Positions 18,225-28,900 of a stretch of 64,000 bases of DNA are shown here, piece by piece. The position numbers and the translations under genes were made by a program. Source of the DNA: a virus; IMG/VR virus record IMGVR_UViG_3300032307_000646, positions 9,369-73,368 of that record. One strand, given 5' to 3'. Each line of letters begins with the position of its first letter. Positions within the stretch are counted from its first letter, which is position 1. The notes below the pieces were generated by a model. That model saw nothing but the letters and a program-made list of their open reading frames with translations, had not been told where the DNA came from and did not search any database.

Positions 18225-18790
18225 CCTATACGGCATTATCTTATATAAGTGGTATATTGTTATAGGTGGATAGGTTACAACGCGTTAAAACGGCTTAAAA
18301 TGATTATGTTAATATGTGGATAACTATATTTGGTCAGTAAATCTATATAGTGCTATTTGGTCACCAAAGGGGTATAAAGACCCCCCCCCTCACCATTAGC
18401 CCCCCATATACCCCCCCTCTCCCCGTCAAATGAGGGGCTCAAATATCTATGTGAACTTTTTCCAAAAAAAAATTTCCAGGTATTTTTTTCCAAAATTTCG
18501 GACCCCCTATGTCGAGGGTGTGATCCGTCTGGAAAACATGACCCCCTTTTTATTTCAAAACCATTTTTCAAAAAAATTTCTGGGGAATTTTTTATTCCAG
18601 AATATCGGCTTTTTAAACGATATCTTAAATTATCGGCTATTTGCACGATATTGTTTACAGTAAACTCTAAACTGTAAACATATAAGGCCACAACCTTATA
18701 ATGGGTGATTATTAGACTACAACCTTATACCAAATAAAAAACCCCCTTATTTCTAAGAGGGCTACATGCTCTGCCTACATGTTACGATCT
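18225..18790. other. non-coding junction with C-runs, A/T tracts and one DnaA-box match
   Basis: TGTGGATAA at 18315-18323; C-runs at about 18382-18424; lies between convergent terminators. Confidence 0.6.
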
Positions 18791-20446
18791 TTATAGGCCA
18801 ATGATGGATTTCATTCTCTGGATTGTCTCATTAAGTTGCATATCTTCTTTTGCCTTCTTGTTGTAGTCTCTGGCAATTCCTTTGTTTGTGTCTATGCATT
18901 CCTCTGGTGACATCTCATCCAGTTGTTCCAGTGTGAAGAATTTCTTCCCTGTATGTTCTTTCTTATCCAACTTAATATTCTCCGTGTCAAATTCGTTTGT
19001 ATAGAATACGTTTAATTGAACATCATCCAATTCGTATGTCTTTAATTTCTTGAAGGATCCCAGTTCAACCCCCGCTTCTTCTTTGATCTCTCTTCTCAAT
19101 GCTTCCTCTGGGGTCTCACCTTTCTCAATGTGACCGCCAAGCATTCCGTACTTGCCAGGGTTTGTTGTTTCCTCTGGGCTTCTCTTAAATAACAATACCT
19201 TATTGTCGATCACGATGAACAACAATGCTATTCTCTTTTTTTCTTTTCCTTCCGCTTCATTCATAATATCGTAAGACTCTTCTTTTGTCTTTCCCCATTT
19301 CTTTCCTTTCCCTGGTGTTCCGCAAGATGCTGGCGTTGGTCTGCATGAAGGGTACTTTGATCTCTCTTCACCAGCTTGTCTTCCGCAGGCCTTGCATTTC
19401 TTTTTGCCATCGGTTTTTCTGCATGTGTTGCAATCAACCCATCCTTTGCTTCCGCCACCACCTCTTCTTGAGAACCATCCGTGCAATCCGTCTTTTTTCT
19501 CCTTTGAGTAGTCGGTCTTCTTCGCTTCATCGATATCATCGTCAAAATCTGGATCATAGTTAGGATCCTCTTTACCCACTCTACTCCATTTCTTTTTCTG
19601 TATGAAAGGGTCGTTTTTCAATGCGTGTGGTGTACCATAATGATTTTTCGCGTTATCTTTGAATTCGATATAGTCTGGGTCGTCCAACAAATCCGTTTGA
19701 AATTGTTGTCTTGCCGTGGAAATTTCTTCGTTTTGTTGACCATCCAAATACTCATCCACCCATGCTTGCAATTCGTGAACGTCTGGAGCGTAGTCCTTTC
19801 CTTTTCTTCTTGTGATTGCGTCATGCGCTTTGTATATGAGTTCCTTAACATCATCTGGCGCGTCATTAATATCTTCTTCCTTAAGATCCTTCCAGATCTT
19901 TCCTCTTCTGCACTGAACAATGGCACCTGATCTGTATGCTGATGGTTTGTCGTATTTTCTTCTTGCTATTCTAAGACAACGGTCCGCTTTCTTTTCTTTC
20001 TCGTTGATGGCGTCAAAAGACTCCACAACAAGATCATCATTGATCAAGCCCATCACTTCCACAAGTCTGTTTAAATTTAATTCATCCATGTTATTTATAA
20101 ATATATTGTTTTCGTTCAAACCTCTCGGAGATCTGTACATATCTTCCCTGTGTGAGAAATCCCTGTTCTGTCCTTTGTTCTCTATGAACCCGAATCCTTT
20201 GTAGAAGCTTCTTAATCTTGTCACATTGCCACCGTAACTGCTTGATGGTGTGAGAGTTATGGTCCACCCATTGTCGTCCGCGATCTTTGTCAAATCTTCC
20301 ATGAAAGATGAGCCAACACCTTGTCCCCTCATTGTGTAAGGTACGATGAACCCAGTAAGGTAAACTCTCTTTGCCTTATCATTCGGGTATAGCTCAAATC
20401 TTATGTCTGGATACTTCTGATCCAGTACGTCAAAAGGACTGCTCAT
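18791..20446 (-). CDS. multidomain protein: GNAT acetyltransferase, Cys/basic domains, Nudix hydrolase
   Basis: RGQGVGS...FYKGFGF (GNAT); GGHIEKGETPEEALRREIKEEAG (Nudix box). Confidence 0.85.
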   Translation of the reverse strand: MSSPFDVLDQKYPDIRFELYPNDKAKRVYLTGFIVPYTMRGQGVGSSFMEDLTKIADDNGWTITLTPSSSYGGNVTRLRSFYKGFGFIENKGQNRDFSHREDMYRSPRGLNENNIFINNMDELNLNRLVEVMGLINDDLVVESFDAINEKEKKADRCLRIARRKYDKPSAYRSGAIVQCRRGKIWKDLKEEDINDAPDDVKELIYKAHDAITRRKGKDYAPDVHELQAWVDEYLDGQQNEEISTARQQFQTDLLDDPDYIEFKDNAKNHYGTPHALKNDPFIQKKKWSRVGKEDPNYDPDFDDDIDEAKKTDYSKEKKDGLHGWFSRRGGGGSKGWVDCNTCRKTDGKKKCKACGRQAGEERSKYPSCRPTPASCGTPGKGKKWGKTKEESYDIMNEAEGKEKKRIALLFIVIDNKVLLFKRSPEETTNPGKYGMLGGHIEKGETPEEALRREIKEEAGVELGSFKKLKTYELDDVQLNVFYTNEFDTENIKLDKKEHTGKKFFTLEQLDEMSPEECIDTNKGIARDYNKKAKEDMQLNETIQRMKSIIGL

Positions 20447-20639
20447 TACTTATAAATACTTCATCATTTTGGTTTGTACCCCTTACGGAATAATACGCTT
20501 TATGTACCAAATCATGGTGAGGTAGTTTATGGTGATGCAGGCATCTCTTGAGTCTGTCGATCTCAGCGCGCAATTCGTCTATAAAGCCTTGGGAATGAGC
20601 TTCATAGTAGATTTCTTCGGTGTACTCTTCGTTTGTCAT
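20430..20639 (-). CDS. hypothetical protein (start revised to MTNEEY)
   Basis: In-frame ATG; overlaps the start of the next gene. Confidence 0.6.
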   Translation of the reverse strand: MTNEEYTEEIYYEAHSQGFIDELRAEIDRLKRCLHHHKLPHHDLVHKAYYSVRGTNQNDEVFISNEQSF

Positions 20640-20726
20640 GGGGCTCTGGGGTTTTCTTATATATATCGCCAAAACTAATAAAAAATCCCGCTTTTGGCGG
20701 GATTTAATGACCTTGTGAAAATTATT

Positions 20727-21551
20727 TTATTTTGCTTTTAATAATTCAATTAATTGTTCCTTTGTGAGTGATTGCAAAAACTCTTCTGTGGTATCTCTTT
20801 TACCCAGATTCTTTTCACCACACTCAGGACAGAACTTATGATTTGATTTTAACTTGGTGTTGCATTTCGCGCACTTCTCAACCAGATCCTTAGCAACCTT
20901 CGGTTGATAACTGTGTGGCATGATTTGCCAGTCATCTATCCATGTGTAGAACCATTCGAAGTCTCCGTTGGTTGATTTTAACTCCTGATTACTTAGACCA
21001 CCTTTTTCAACAGAACCAGTTTCCATCTTTCTGTTGCTGTTGGAGATGTTTACATCTGAAACACAGTTTGTTAAGAAAGTGTTATTGACACCGTTAAAGT
21101 TAATAGATTTATTGTAGTCGGTGTAAGTGATCTCACTCCAACCAAATCCAGATGAACCATTATAGATTGTACCGTAACTTAAACTTCTTGGTCTTTCTTT
21201 AACTTCTCTGTAGAACTTAACTGTAACCTTTCCGTTGTCAACGATGGCATCTTTGGTTTCGTTATTATTATTCACCACATAAGTTTCATAAAGGAATTTC
21301 TTCTCATCGTCCAGGAATCTTTCGAGGAATACTCGTTGACCTGGTTTTAGAATGATACCAGAATTTGAAATGGGCGTACCATTCAAATCGATCATTGCCA
21401 TTATTTTTTCTTTTGTGGGATTGTAAAGTTCGATCTCGAACTCTGTTTGGTCTTTCATGTAGACCAACTTTCCGTTTTGACGGAGTCTTTGTTTGTTTAC
21501 TGTGACGAACGCACTAGGCGCAGGTACAGTGTTAATGTACGTGTATAACAT
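20727..21551 (-). CDS. zinc-ribbon domain protein
   Basis: C-terminal CAKC...FCPECG. Confidence 0.75.
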   Translation of the reverse strand: MLYTYINTVPAPSAFVTVNKQRLRQNGKLVYMKDQTEFEIELYNPTKEKIMAMIDLNGTPISNSGIILKPGQRVFLERFLDDEKKFLYETYVVNNNNETKDAIVDNGKVTVKFYREVKERPRSLSYGTIYNGSSGFGWSEITYTDYNKSINFNGVNNTFLTNCVSDVNISNSNRKMETGSVEKGGLSNQELKSTNGDFEWFYTWIDDWQIMPHSYQPKVAKDLVEKCAKCNTKLKSNHKFCPECGEKNLGKRDTTEEFLQSLTKEQLIELLKAK

Positions 21552-21737
21552 TTTTCCTTATATTTTTTTTTGTATTTGGTGTCCATATCGTTGGCATCAA
21601 TTCCAACTCAAACGCATCCAGTACGCATGGAACCCAATCACAAGGTCTCCAATAAATATAGCTTACTTTAAAAAAGTTTCAACTATTTATATGTAGAAAA
21701 GCATATAATTTTAATTATATGTGAAAAAACATATATT

Positions 21738-22157
21738 ATGGAAAAAAATGTATTAAATGAAGTTAACAAGATCCGTAAGATGATGGGTCTTAATGAGAGC
21801 AGCAACGGTGAAATGGGGTATAACCCAAGTCCACTTGGTGAGGCTAATGGCTCTGATAGCGTTGGTATTATCACAAGCAATGGTAAATTAATGGCTGGTT
21901 ACTTCCAGGAGTTTGGTTTAGTTTCAGCTGGTGACACCATTCTATTCGATAACGAAGGCAAGTTGGTTAAAAAGGGTGGTGGTTATCCATCAAGCGGTTT
22001 TAAAAACCACGAGGACACCAAAGAACTTGAAAAAGATATTTGCAATAACTACGAGGAGATATTGGATATCTTCAGACAAAGTGCCCCAAAAGTGGTTAAC
22101 CTTAATGAGGGTTATAACGTAATAAAAAAAGCTGTTGAATGCGATTTAGTTTATTAA
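21738..22157 (+). CDS. hypothetical protein with N-terminal LNE..KIRKMMGLNE peptide
   Basis: Shared motif; TATTTAT upstream. Confidence 0.75.
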   Translation: MEKNVLNEVNKIRKMMGLNESSNGEMGYNPSPLGEANGSDSVGIITSNGKLMAGYFQEFGLVSAGDTILFDNEGKLVKKGGGYPSSGFKNHEDTKELEKDICNNYEEILDIFRQSAPKVVNLNEGYNVIKKAVECDLVY

Positions 22158-22158
22158 T

Positions 22159-22557
22159 ATGAAATCAACAAAAGTAACCGTAAGAGCGAATGGTGGTACC
22201 TGGATGGTAAACGCCAATGGTTCGGATTATAAACAAATAGGTGGAAGCGAAACTTTCACATACACCGATTCCAAATCTAGCGATGTGGATGTTGCTGGTG
22301 AATTTTATAACGATAACATCGTTATCCAATTTGAAATGAACAATCCATGGATCGGTTCACCATGGGCCGCGGTTGGTCAAGCAATGGGTGACAGCGGTTG
22401 GGATAATGATAGAACGAGTATGGATGAGGGTGACTCACATGTATTCTCCACAACCATATACAACGATGATGATGAGTACACCTTTAAAACAAGGGTGTTA
22501 AGGTTATCAGATACAGATACGAAAAACTTCGAGGTTTGGCCTGGATGGTACGAATAA
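22159..22557 (+). CDS. hypothetical beta-rich protein
   Basis: 132-aa ORF in the operon. Confidence 0.75.
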   Translation: MKSTKVTVRANGGTWMVNANGSDYKQIGGSETFTYTDSKSSDVDVAGEFYNDNIVIQFEMNNPWIGSPWAAVGQAMGDSGWDNDRTSMDEGDSHVFSTTIYNDDDEYTFKTRVLRLSDTDTKNFEVWPGWYE

Positions 22558-22578
22558 AATTATAATTTTTTATCCATC

Positions 22579-23682
22579 ATGTCAAGACGTCCGATAGCAT
22601 TTAATAACTCAACAAAAACCAACAATTCTATCAAAAAAAATAAGATAGAGATTGGTGTGGCGTCAGATAATTACGCGAACAACCCAGGTGGGTTAACCTG
22701 GTTTAACGGACCAGATTCAACAAATCAATATGTAATATACTCTGACACATATAGCCTCGGTATGAGTACGTTGGCGAATTCTAAACCAGTTTGTTGGGGT
22801 AGCGGCGACATGACCGATGCTAATGTGCTTAGAATGATTAACGGGTTACCAACAAGGAATAACCAGGCACCGTTTACAACTATCGCATCGGCTTTAAGTT
22901 GGGTCGCGTCCAGTTCTGTTTTTAATGTTGTTTCTGGGGTTTTACCCGACATTGTAACCAACGGGTTAATCCTAAATTTAGATGCCACACAAAAAGCTTC
23001 ATACCCAGGGTCTGGTACAACTTGGTACGATCTGAGTGGACAAGATAATAACGCGACTATTAATACCGCAAATTATAATGCTTCTGGTTACTTTACATCA
23101 GTGGTTTCACCAGGTTACGCTTCCTTATTAGAATTCACAACACAAATCACGGGTAGCTTGGCCACAGCTTTATCCGTAACCTCTGGTGGGTGGTCAATAG
23201 AGGAATGGGTGCTTACTAATGATACCACATACCCAGAAGCTGCCGCTGGTAGCGTTGTTTCTAATAGTGGTTACGGTGCTGGTGAAATAGGGTTTGACTG
23301 GAATCACGGTCAAACTGGGATGTCGCAATTTCAAATGGGTGCTAGCTGGAATGTTGGTCAACCCGCCACTTACGATGTTAGGGGGTACATAACATTAAAC
23401 GCCTCGTTTAGTAACTACGGATCATGGTATCTTAGACATATGTTTTGGAATCGAGACACCGCTAAAATGGGCGTGTATTACAATGGGGTTTTTCAAGGTG
23501 ATATTAATATGTCGGTTTTAAACGGTTACCCTATTTGTGATGGGGGTGTAATATCATGGGGGCAACTATATGGTTGGAGACATGATGGGGCGAGAGCTGG
23601 TATGAAGGTGTATAACAGAGTATTATCCGCTAGTGAGGTTTTACAAAACTTTAACGCACAAAAATCAAGATTCGGTTATTAA
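22579..23682 (+). CDS. LamG/ConA-like lectin-domain virion protein
   Basis: IVTNGLILNLDA...SYPGSGTTWYDLSG and YNRVLSASEVLQNFNA.K.RFG. Confidence 0.8.
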   Translation: MSRRPIAFNNSTKTNNSIKKNKIEIGVASDNYANNPGGLTWFNGPDSTNQYVIYSDTYSLGMSTLANSKPVCWGSGDMTDANVLRMINGLPTRNNQAPFTTIASALSWVASSSVFNVVSGVLPDIVTNGLILNLDATQKASYPGSGTTWYDLSGQDNNATINTANYNASGYFTSVVSPGYASLLEFTTQITGSLATALSVTSGGWSIEEWVLTNDTTYPEAAAGSVVSNSGYGAGEIGFDWNHGQTGMSQFQMGASWNVGQPATYDVRGYITLNASFSNYGSWYLRHMFWNRDTAKMGVYYNGVFQGDINMSVLNGYPICDGGVISWGQLYGWRHDGARAGMKVYNRVLSASEVLQNFNAQKSRFGY

Positions 23683-23693
23683 AAATATAGGTT

Positions 23694-24713
23694 ATGTCAA
23701 GACGTCCAATAGCATTTAACAATTCCAGTAAAAGCAACAACTCCATTAAAAAAAATAAAGTGGAGATAGGGCTTGCAACTGATAACTACGCCAGCAATCC
23801 AGGTGGGTTGACTTGGTTTAACGGCCCAGATTCCACTAACCAGTATGTGATTTATTCAGATACCTATAGCTTAGGTATGACAACACTAGCAAACGCTAAA
23901 CCAGTTTGTTGGGGTAGTGGTGATATGAGTGACGCGAACATACTTAGAATGATAAACGGGTTACCAACAAGGAATAACCAAGCACCGTTTACAACCATAG
24001 CCTCAGCATTAAGCTGGGTAGCATCTAGTTCTGTTTTTAATGTTGTTAGCGGAGCTCTGGATAATATCGTAACAAATGGGCTGGTTATTAATCTGGACGC
24101 CTCACAAAAAGCATCATACCCAGGATCTGGTAACACCTGGTATAATTTAGCTGGTAGTGAAAACGGGACAATTATAAACGGTACAACATACGGGAGTTCA
24201 AATAATGGTATCATAACATTTGATGGTGTTGATGACGCTGTTGAAATATATGGTTATAACTGGTCGCATACACAAGTTACGGTATGCGCTTTTATAAAAC
24301 CAGCAACCGATTGCCCTTCTGGTGATAACAATATCGTGACAATTGAAAATAGTTTTGAGTATCGATATAATAACCGTGGTGATGGGACCGCAAGCGTATG
24401 GTACGCATCAAATCCATGGGCTTGGTTTGGTTCTGGTACGATAACTTTAGGTCAGTGGCAAATGGTTACGTTTAGACACAACACAACAACAAACATAGGT
24501 GATATATGGGCTAATGGTTCACAAATATTTTCACAAGCGATAAACGGTGGTATCGCAACAAGAACTGATAATATAAAAATAATGGGGAGATATTGTTGTG
24601 CTGGTAGTCCAGCTAAAGGTGATTTAGGTGCTATTTTGATCTATAATAGACCTTTAAGTAATAGCGAAATAATACAAAACTTTAACGCCTTAAAAACAAA
24701 ATACGGATTATGA
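23694..24713 (+). CDS. LamG/ConA-like lectin-domain virion protein (paralog)
   Basis: N-terminal ~150 aa nearly identical to the previous gene; FDGVDD; YNRPLS.SEI.QNFNA. Confidence 0.8.
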   Translation: MSRRPIAFNNSSKSNNSIKKNKVEIGLATDNYASNPGGLTWFNGPDSTNQYVIYSDTYSLGMTTLANAKPVCWGSGDMSDANILRMINGLPTRNNQAPFTTIASALSWVASSSVFNVVSGALDNIVTNGLVINLDASQKASYPGSGNTWYNLAGSENGTIINGTTYGSSNNGIITFDGVDDAVEIYGYNWSHTQVTVCAFIKPATDCPSGDNNIVTIENSFEYRYNNRGDGTASVWYASNPWAWFGSGTITLGQWQMVTFRHNTTTNIGDIWANGSQIFSQAINGGIATRTDNIKIMGRYCCAGSPAKGDLGAILIYNRPLSNSEIIQNFNALKTKYGL

Positions 24714-24955
24714 TGAAATATTTAATAATCAACGCTTCGGAAATTAATTTAATTGACTTTGAAACGATACAACAAACGTCAGCTGAAAAACTTAGGAAAT
24801 CAATAGACGGTCAAAAAACTGTTGTAAAATGGTTAGGTGCTACGCCTGAGTGGGTGAACAATTTAACAGTTAAAGAAGGCCCTTACAATGAGAGTGAAAT
24901 ATTGGTGATAATGGCCACACCATATTGGTGGTTTGTTGATGGTGGTGAGGAGTAA
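24710..24955 (+). CDS. small conserved phage protein
   Basis: IDF..I.QTS...LRKSIDG.KT.VKW. Confidence 0.7.
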   Translation: MMKYLIINASEINLIDFETIQQTSAEKLRKSIDGQKTVVKWLGATPEWVNNLTVKEGPYNESEILVIMATPYWWFVDGGEE

Positions 24956-25023
24956 AAATTATTACCATAAAAGGTGTTTTATATAACCTTTATGATATTT
25001 ATATAAGTAAAACATATTAAAGA

Positions 25024-25836
25024 ATGAAAAAACCCCTATTAAACGAAGAGATCACTAGAATCCGTAAGATTATGGGCCTTAATGAAAGTGAAGAATTGGA
25101 TTTATCTAAAATGGATAACCCAAACGCTTATACCGATGATATCATTAATCATAACGCTGAAAAAGAATACGTTGATTTTGAAAAGGATTATGATTTCGAC
25201 TTTGAGAAAGCTGCAATAGAATCCGCTTCTGGTGAAGAAGTTGTACAAAGAGAATTTGACGATTATGACAGACCACTATATTATAGTGTTAAGGACGATA
25301 ACGTACACTACTTTATTGGTGATGGGGATAATGGTCCTATGATTGTTAAGTATAACGCTGAGACTGGTGAGAGATACCCTATTGGTGACCTAAGAGATTA
25401 TGACGCACCTGAACTTTCTGAAGGTGATGACGAAACTGAAGGCCCGATTGCAATATACAAAATGTACAAAAAAGGTGAAGTAAGTCAAAAAGATCTTAAC
25501 GCTTTAATGGGTATTTGGGATAGAGCTGATAAAGAGAAATTGATGGCTTATATAAGATCACAAAAAGAAGAAGGTATTAACGAAATAGATGAATCGGAAA
25601 TTTCTGAAGGTTCTATGGAAAGCGGCGTGTACTACGATACAACAGTTGCACACGAAATAAAAAGCAAAGTAGGTAATCTACATAAAATAGCACCTTATGT
25701 TCTTGAGATAGGTGATAGAGTTATTGAAGACATTTCTGGTAAAATATCAGTATATGACGGCGGTAACTTAGTTGAGAAGTTTAACGATGTTGATGCTTTC
25801 TTAATTGGAATAAAATACGGGGCAACACCAGTTTAA
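25024..25836 (+). CDS. acidic protein with N-terminal LNEEITRIRKIMGLNE peptide
   Basis: Shared motif; TATTTAT upstream. Confidence 0.8.
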   Translation: MKKPLLNEEITRIRKIMGLNESEELDLSKMDNPNAYTDDIINHNAEKEYVDFEKDYDFDFEKAAIESASGEEVVQREFDDYDRPLYYSVKDDNVHYFIGDGDNGPMIVKYNAETGERYPIGDLRDYDAPELSEGDDETEGPIAIYKMYKKGEVSQKDLNALMGIWDRADKEKLMAYIRSQKEEGINEIDESEISEGSMESGVYYDTTVAHEIKSKVGNLHKIAPYVLEIGDRVIEDISGKISVYDGGNLVEKFNDVDAFLIGIKYGATPV

Positions 25837-25837
25837 T

Positions 25838-26758
25838 ATGAGTAGAAAACCAACATTAACTGAAGAGTTATTTAGAATCCATGAGATGATGGGTCTGACT
25901 GAAAACCAGTTGGATATGTTTGCTGGTACAGAGGACGCGGCGCCAGAAGAGAGTGCTGAAGATTCCCATATCGGTAAAAGAGTCATGGTTTATTATAACC
26001 TTCATAAAAAAACTTTCTCAATACAATATAAAGGTCTTGTGATCGCTCATGCTGACTATGTTAAACTTAATAACGTTGAGTTTAGAGTTAGACAAGGTGG
26101 TATGGAAAAAGTTAGGGCTGAGATGTCAAAGAATGTTCATGCGTTCGTTATTGGCGATTTAGTTGATTTCATTGCTTACCCATCAACTGATATACCATCA
26201 GCAACTAGTTCAAAATCAATAACATACGATCCATATAAATACGATACATTTGTTTACAGAGACACAGAGGAACCTGTAACCAATGCTCGTGAGGTTGAAA
26301 TGATCAACCAACCAGGTGGGAAAATTTTCCAGATAAATGAAGTTCTTTCAGAAAACTGGTCTTATGATGACAATAAGATAAATCAATTCGTTGTTGAGGC
26401 GGAAAAGGATGTGCAAATGGCTGATAACCTAATTAATAAATTTGGTGTTAACGTTGTTAACATGACGTTAAAAGATATTCACGATAACATAGCACAAATG
26501 GAGTCCGCAAAAGAAAAATTAGAGGCTAGTAAAGACTATATCACCCGTAAATACGAAAAGTTTTATGATATCGTTGAGACTTACGAGGTTGGGGAATACC
26601 CCGATAACGTTTCTAAATTATATGATTTATCGAACAAATTAGACAACCAAAAGGAATCTTTATCAGATCTAGCCGAAACATTTAATACATTAATTGATGC
26701 AGCTAAATGGTTGGGAAAATACAATAAAGAAATTTTCGATATACAGAACATAAAATGA
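25838..26758 (+). CDS. protein with LTEELFRIHEMMGLTE peptide and a VYYNLHK...KNVHAFV domain
   Basis: Shared motif plus a conserved phage domain pattern. Confidence 0.8.
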   Translation: MSRKPTLTEELFRIHEMMGLTENQLDMFAGTEDAAPEESAEDSHIGKRVMVYYNLHKKTFSIQYKGLVIAHADYVKLNNVEFRVRQGGMEKVRAEMSKNVHAFVIGDLVDFIAYPSTDIPSATSSKSITYDPYKYDTFVYRDTEEPVTNAREVEMINQPGGKIFQINEVLSENWSYDDNKINQFVVEAEKDVQMADNLINKFGVNVVNMTLKDIHDNIAQMESAKEKLEASKDYITRKYEKFYDIVETYEVGEYPDNVSKLYDLSNKLDNQKESLSDLAETFNTLIDAAKWLGKYNKEIFDIQNIK

Positions 26759-28020
26759 ACAAACCAACAGCAGTAAACTACACAGGTACACAAACGCCTT
26801 ATGGTACTAAACACGACAACATTGAGATCGGGGATGCTTCGATTGATTACAGAGATAACGACAGTGGGTTAGTATGGTATAATTCACCAGAGACTACTGG
26901 TAAATATATAATATTTTCAGCCGCAAATGATAACGGTTATATGACAGCCACACCATTATTTTGGGTTTGTGATCAGACTGATAGTGAGTTGTTAAGGTTG
27001 GTGAACGGTTTACCAAATAGACGCGGTGAGACACCTTTTACTACAGCTATACAAGCAACCGACTGGTTAAATTCTGAAACTAATTACTATTTATTAACTG
27101 GTGAAGGTGGTGGTGGAAACCCAACTGGGTTTACAATCACTATAACACAATCTGGTAGTGATGTTGTTGTGAATGCTTCTGGTACACTTAATCTAGCTGA
27201 TTTAAATTATATCGGTCAATCACAAGGTATGGGACCTGGTGGGCTCGGCGGACCAACATCAACATTCATAATCGGTGGCAGCCTTGGTTATTTTGATCAA
27301 TATACTGGATCAACATTTAACACACCAGCGTCCTTTGGTATGTTCAGTGGACCAGCCAATTCTGGTTCTGGTGATACGGTTGGTGTTATTATGAATGGGC
27401 AACCACCATATATATTAGCTGTTCCGACAGGTTACACATCTAACCAAAGTATAACAAGTACAATGACATTTACAAACACAAGTATAGCGACAATGGGGTT
27501 AACCGAAGGTACGTTTACATATACTTGGGGAACTGGTGGAAACGCTGATGCGATAAATATGGTTATTGGTGGAACTAGCGGTACATCTGGTACTTCAGGC
27601 ACTGGTGGAACTGGTGGCGGAGCTGGATGGTTCTTCTATAGTGATGAGGGATCTTTAAATGCTGGTCCACCGTCAAGTAATGGTAATGCCATATTTGTTG
27701 ATAATAGTGGTATGGGTGGTAACACCGAAACCTTTAACCCGAATAAAGTTAACGGAAGAACACTTTATTTCCACCAATACGATAGTACTGGGGTGGATTA
27801 CGCAACACAATTTGCCGCTTTACAAACTAATGGTGGAACATTAAGTATTACACAAAATGGGCAAACAGCGACATATACAACAGCCAACCCTAATATGTTT
27901 GTGTATACCGCTTTATCTGGTAACAACAGTTTGTTGGTTAATACGGGTATGTTAACACAAACCTCAACAACGGTTAATCCATTTGTTTACGGTGACCCAA
28001 TAACACTTTCATTTAGTTAA
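26755..28020 (+). CDS. Gly/Thr-rich fibre-like virion protein
   Basis: Shares the N-terminal IEIG...W.N.P...Y.I module with neighbours. Confidence 0.75.
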   Translation: MNKPTAVNYTGTQTPYGTKHDNIEIGDASIDYRDNDSGLVWYNSPETTGKYIIFSAANDNGYMTATPLFWVCDQTDSELLRLVNGLPNRRGETPFTTAIQATDWLNSETNYYLLTGEGGGGNPTGFTITITQSGSDVVVNASGTLNLADLNYIGQSQGMGPGGLGGPTSTFIIGGSLGYFDQYTGSTFNTPASFGMFSGPANSGSGDTVGVIMNGQPPYILAVPTGYTSNQSITSTMTFTNTSIATMGLTEGTFTYTWGTGGNADAINMVIGGTSGTSGTSGTGGTGGGAGWFFYSDEGSLNAGPPSSNGNAIFVDNSGMGGNTETFNPNKVNGRTLYFHQYDSTGVDYATQFAALQTNGGTLSITQNGQTATYTTANPNMFVYTALSGNNSLLVNTGMLTQTSTTVNPFVYGDPITLSFS

Positions 28021-28038
28021 AAAAAATATTAATATATC

Positions 28039-28890
28039 ATGGCAACAGCAAGACCTTACGCATATAACCCAGGGGCACCGATATCTGGGACACAACAAGT
28101 CGGTGATTTGGCAATCGGAACACCCGATTCTGGTTTCACAAATAACCCACAATTTTGGAACGGGCCTGACGAGGAGTTGGGTTATGTAATAGCATTACCA
28201 GTTCCAGATAATAGTCAACCAACACCAATACCTGGTGTAACAGCTTCCGTTCGTTTTCTGAGATCTGGGGCTTTAACAGAAGAATCATTTGTTGGTTTAG
28301 TTAACACACAATTCAATCAGAATCATCAAAACGCTTTTGATGCTAAAGATTGGCTAACCGCACAGGGATATTTCAGTACTTTTTCAGCTTTTGGAAGTTC
28401 TGGATTCCAATGGATGACAATGACTGAGATTAACGAAAGTGATGCACATGGAATAGGACAAAATAACATCACAATTAATATTGCACAATCAGGTGGTGGT
28501 ATGGCTATTGAGCCTGGTATGTATAGTGCAGACACATTCCCTGAAGAATATGGTGTACCTATTGTTGGCGACCAAATTCAAAACAGCCAGGATGGTATAT
28601 TTACCGCAACATTTAGTCAACCTGTGACAGATCCTTTGGTCGCGTTTGCGAGTGTTGGTAATCCAAGTCTATATGTCCCAGTTATTGTTTCAGCACCATT
28701 CACACCAATTTGGGGTCAAGATACAACATACCAAAACCCATCTGGATTAACCCAATACACACAGTTTACTGGTAACGAAGGGTTTAATATTATCCGTATA
28801 GATGGTACTCACACGTCAATTAGTTTTAACTACACTGTTGCTGAGTACTACAGTACAATTTGTTTTGGTTTTGTTGATCAGAACCCTTAA
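28039..28890 (+). CDS. fibre-like virion protein
   Basis: Shared N-terminal module (GTQQVGDLAIG...WNGPDEELGYVIA). Confidence 0.75.
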   Translation: MATARPYAYNPGAPISGTQQVGDLAIGTPDSGFTNNPQFWNGPDEELGYVIALPVPDNSQPTPIPGVTASVRFLRSGALTEESFVGLVNTQFNQNHQNAFDAKDWLTAQGYFSTFSAFGSSGFQWMTMTEINESDAHGIGQNNITINIAQSGGGMAIEPGMYSADTFPEEYGVPIVGDQIQNSQDGIFTATFSQPVTDPLVAFASVGNPSLYVPVIVSAPFTPIWGQDTTYQNPSGLTQYTQFTGNEGFNIIRIDGTHTSISFNYTVAEYYSTICFGFVDQNP

Positions 28891-28900
28891 TTATTTTTAA

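Noticed and set aside
18353-18691. ORFs 18353-18691 and 18430-18663
   Set aside because: They cross homopolymer tracts, have atypical composition and lack either promoter class.
22579-24713. Duplicated sequence as a diversity-generating retroelement template/variable pair
   Set aside because: Differences are synonymous and not adenine-specific, both copies are coding N-termini, and there is no reverse transcriptase in the window.
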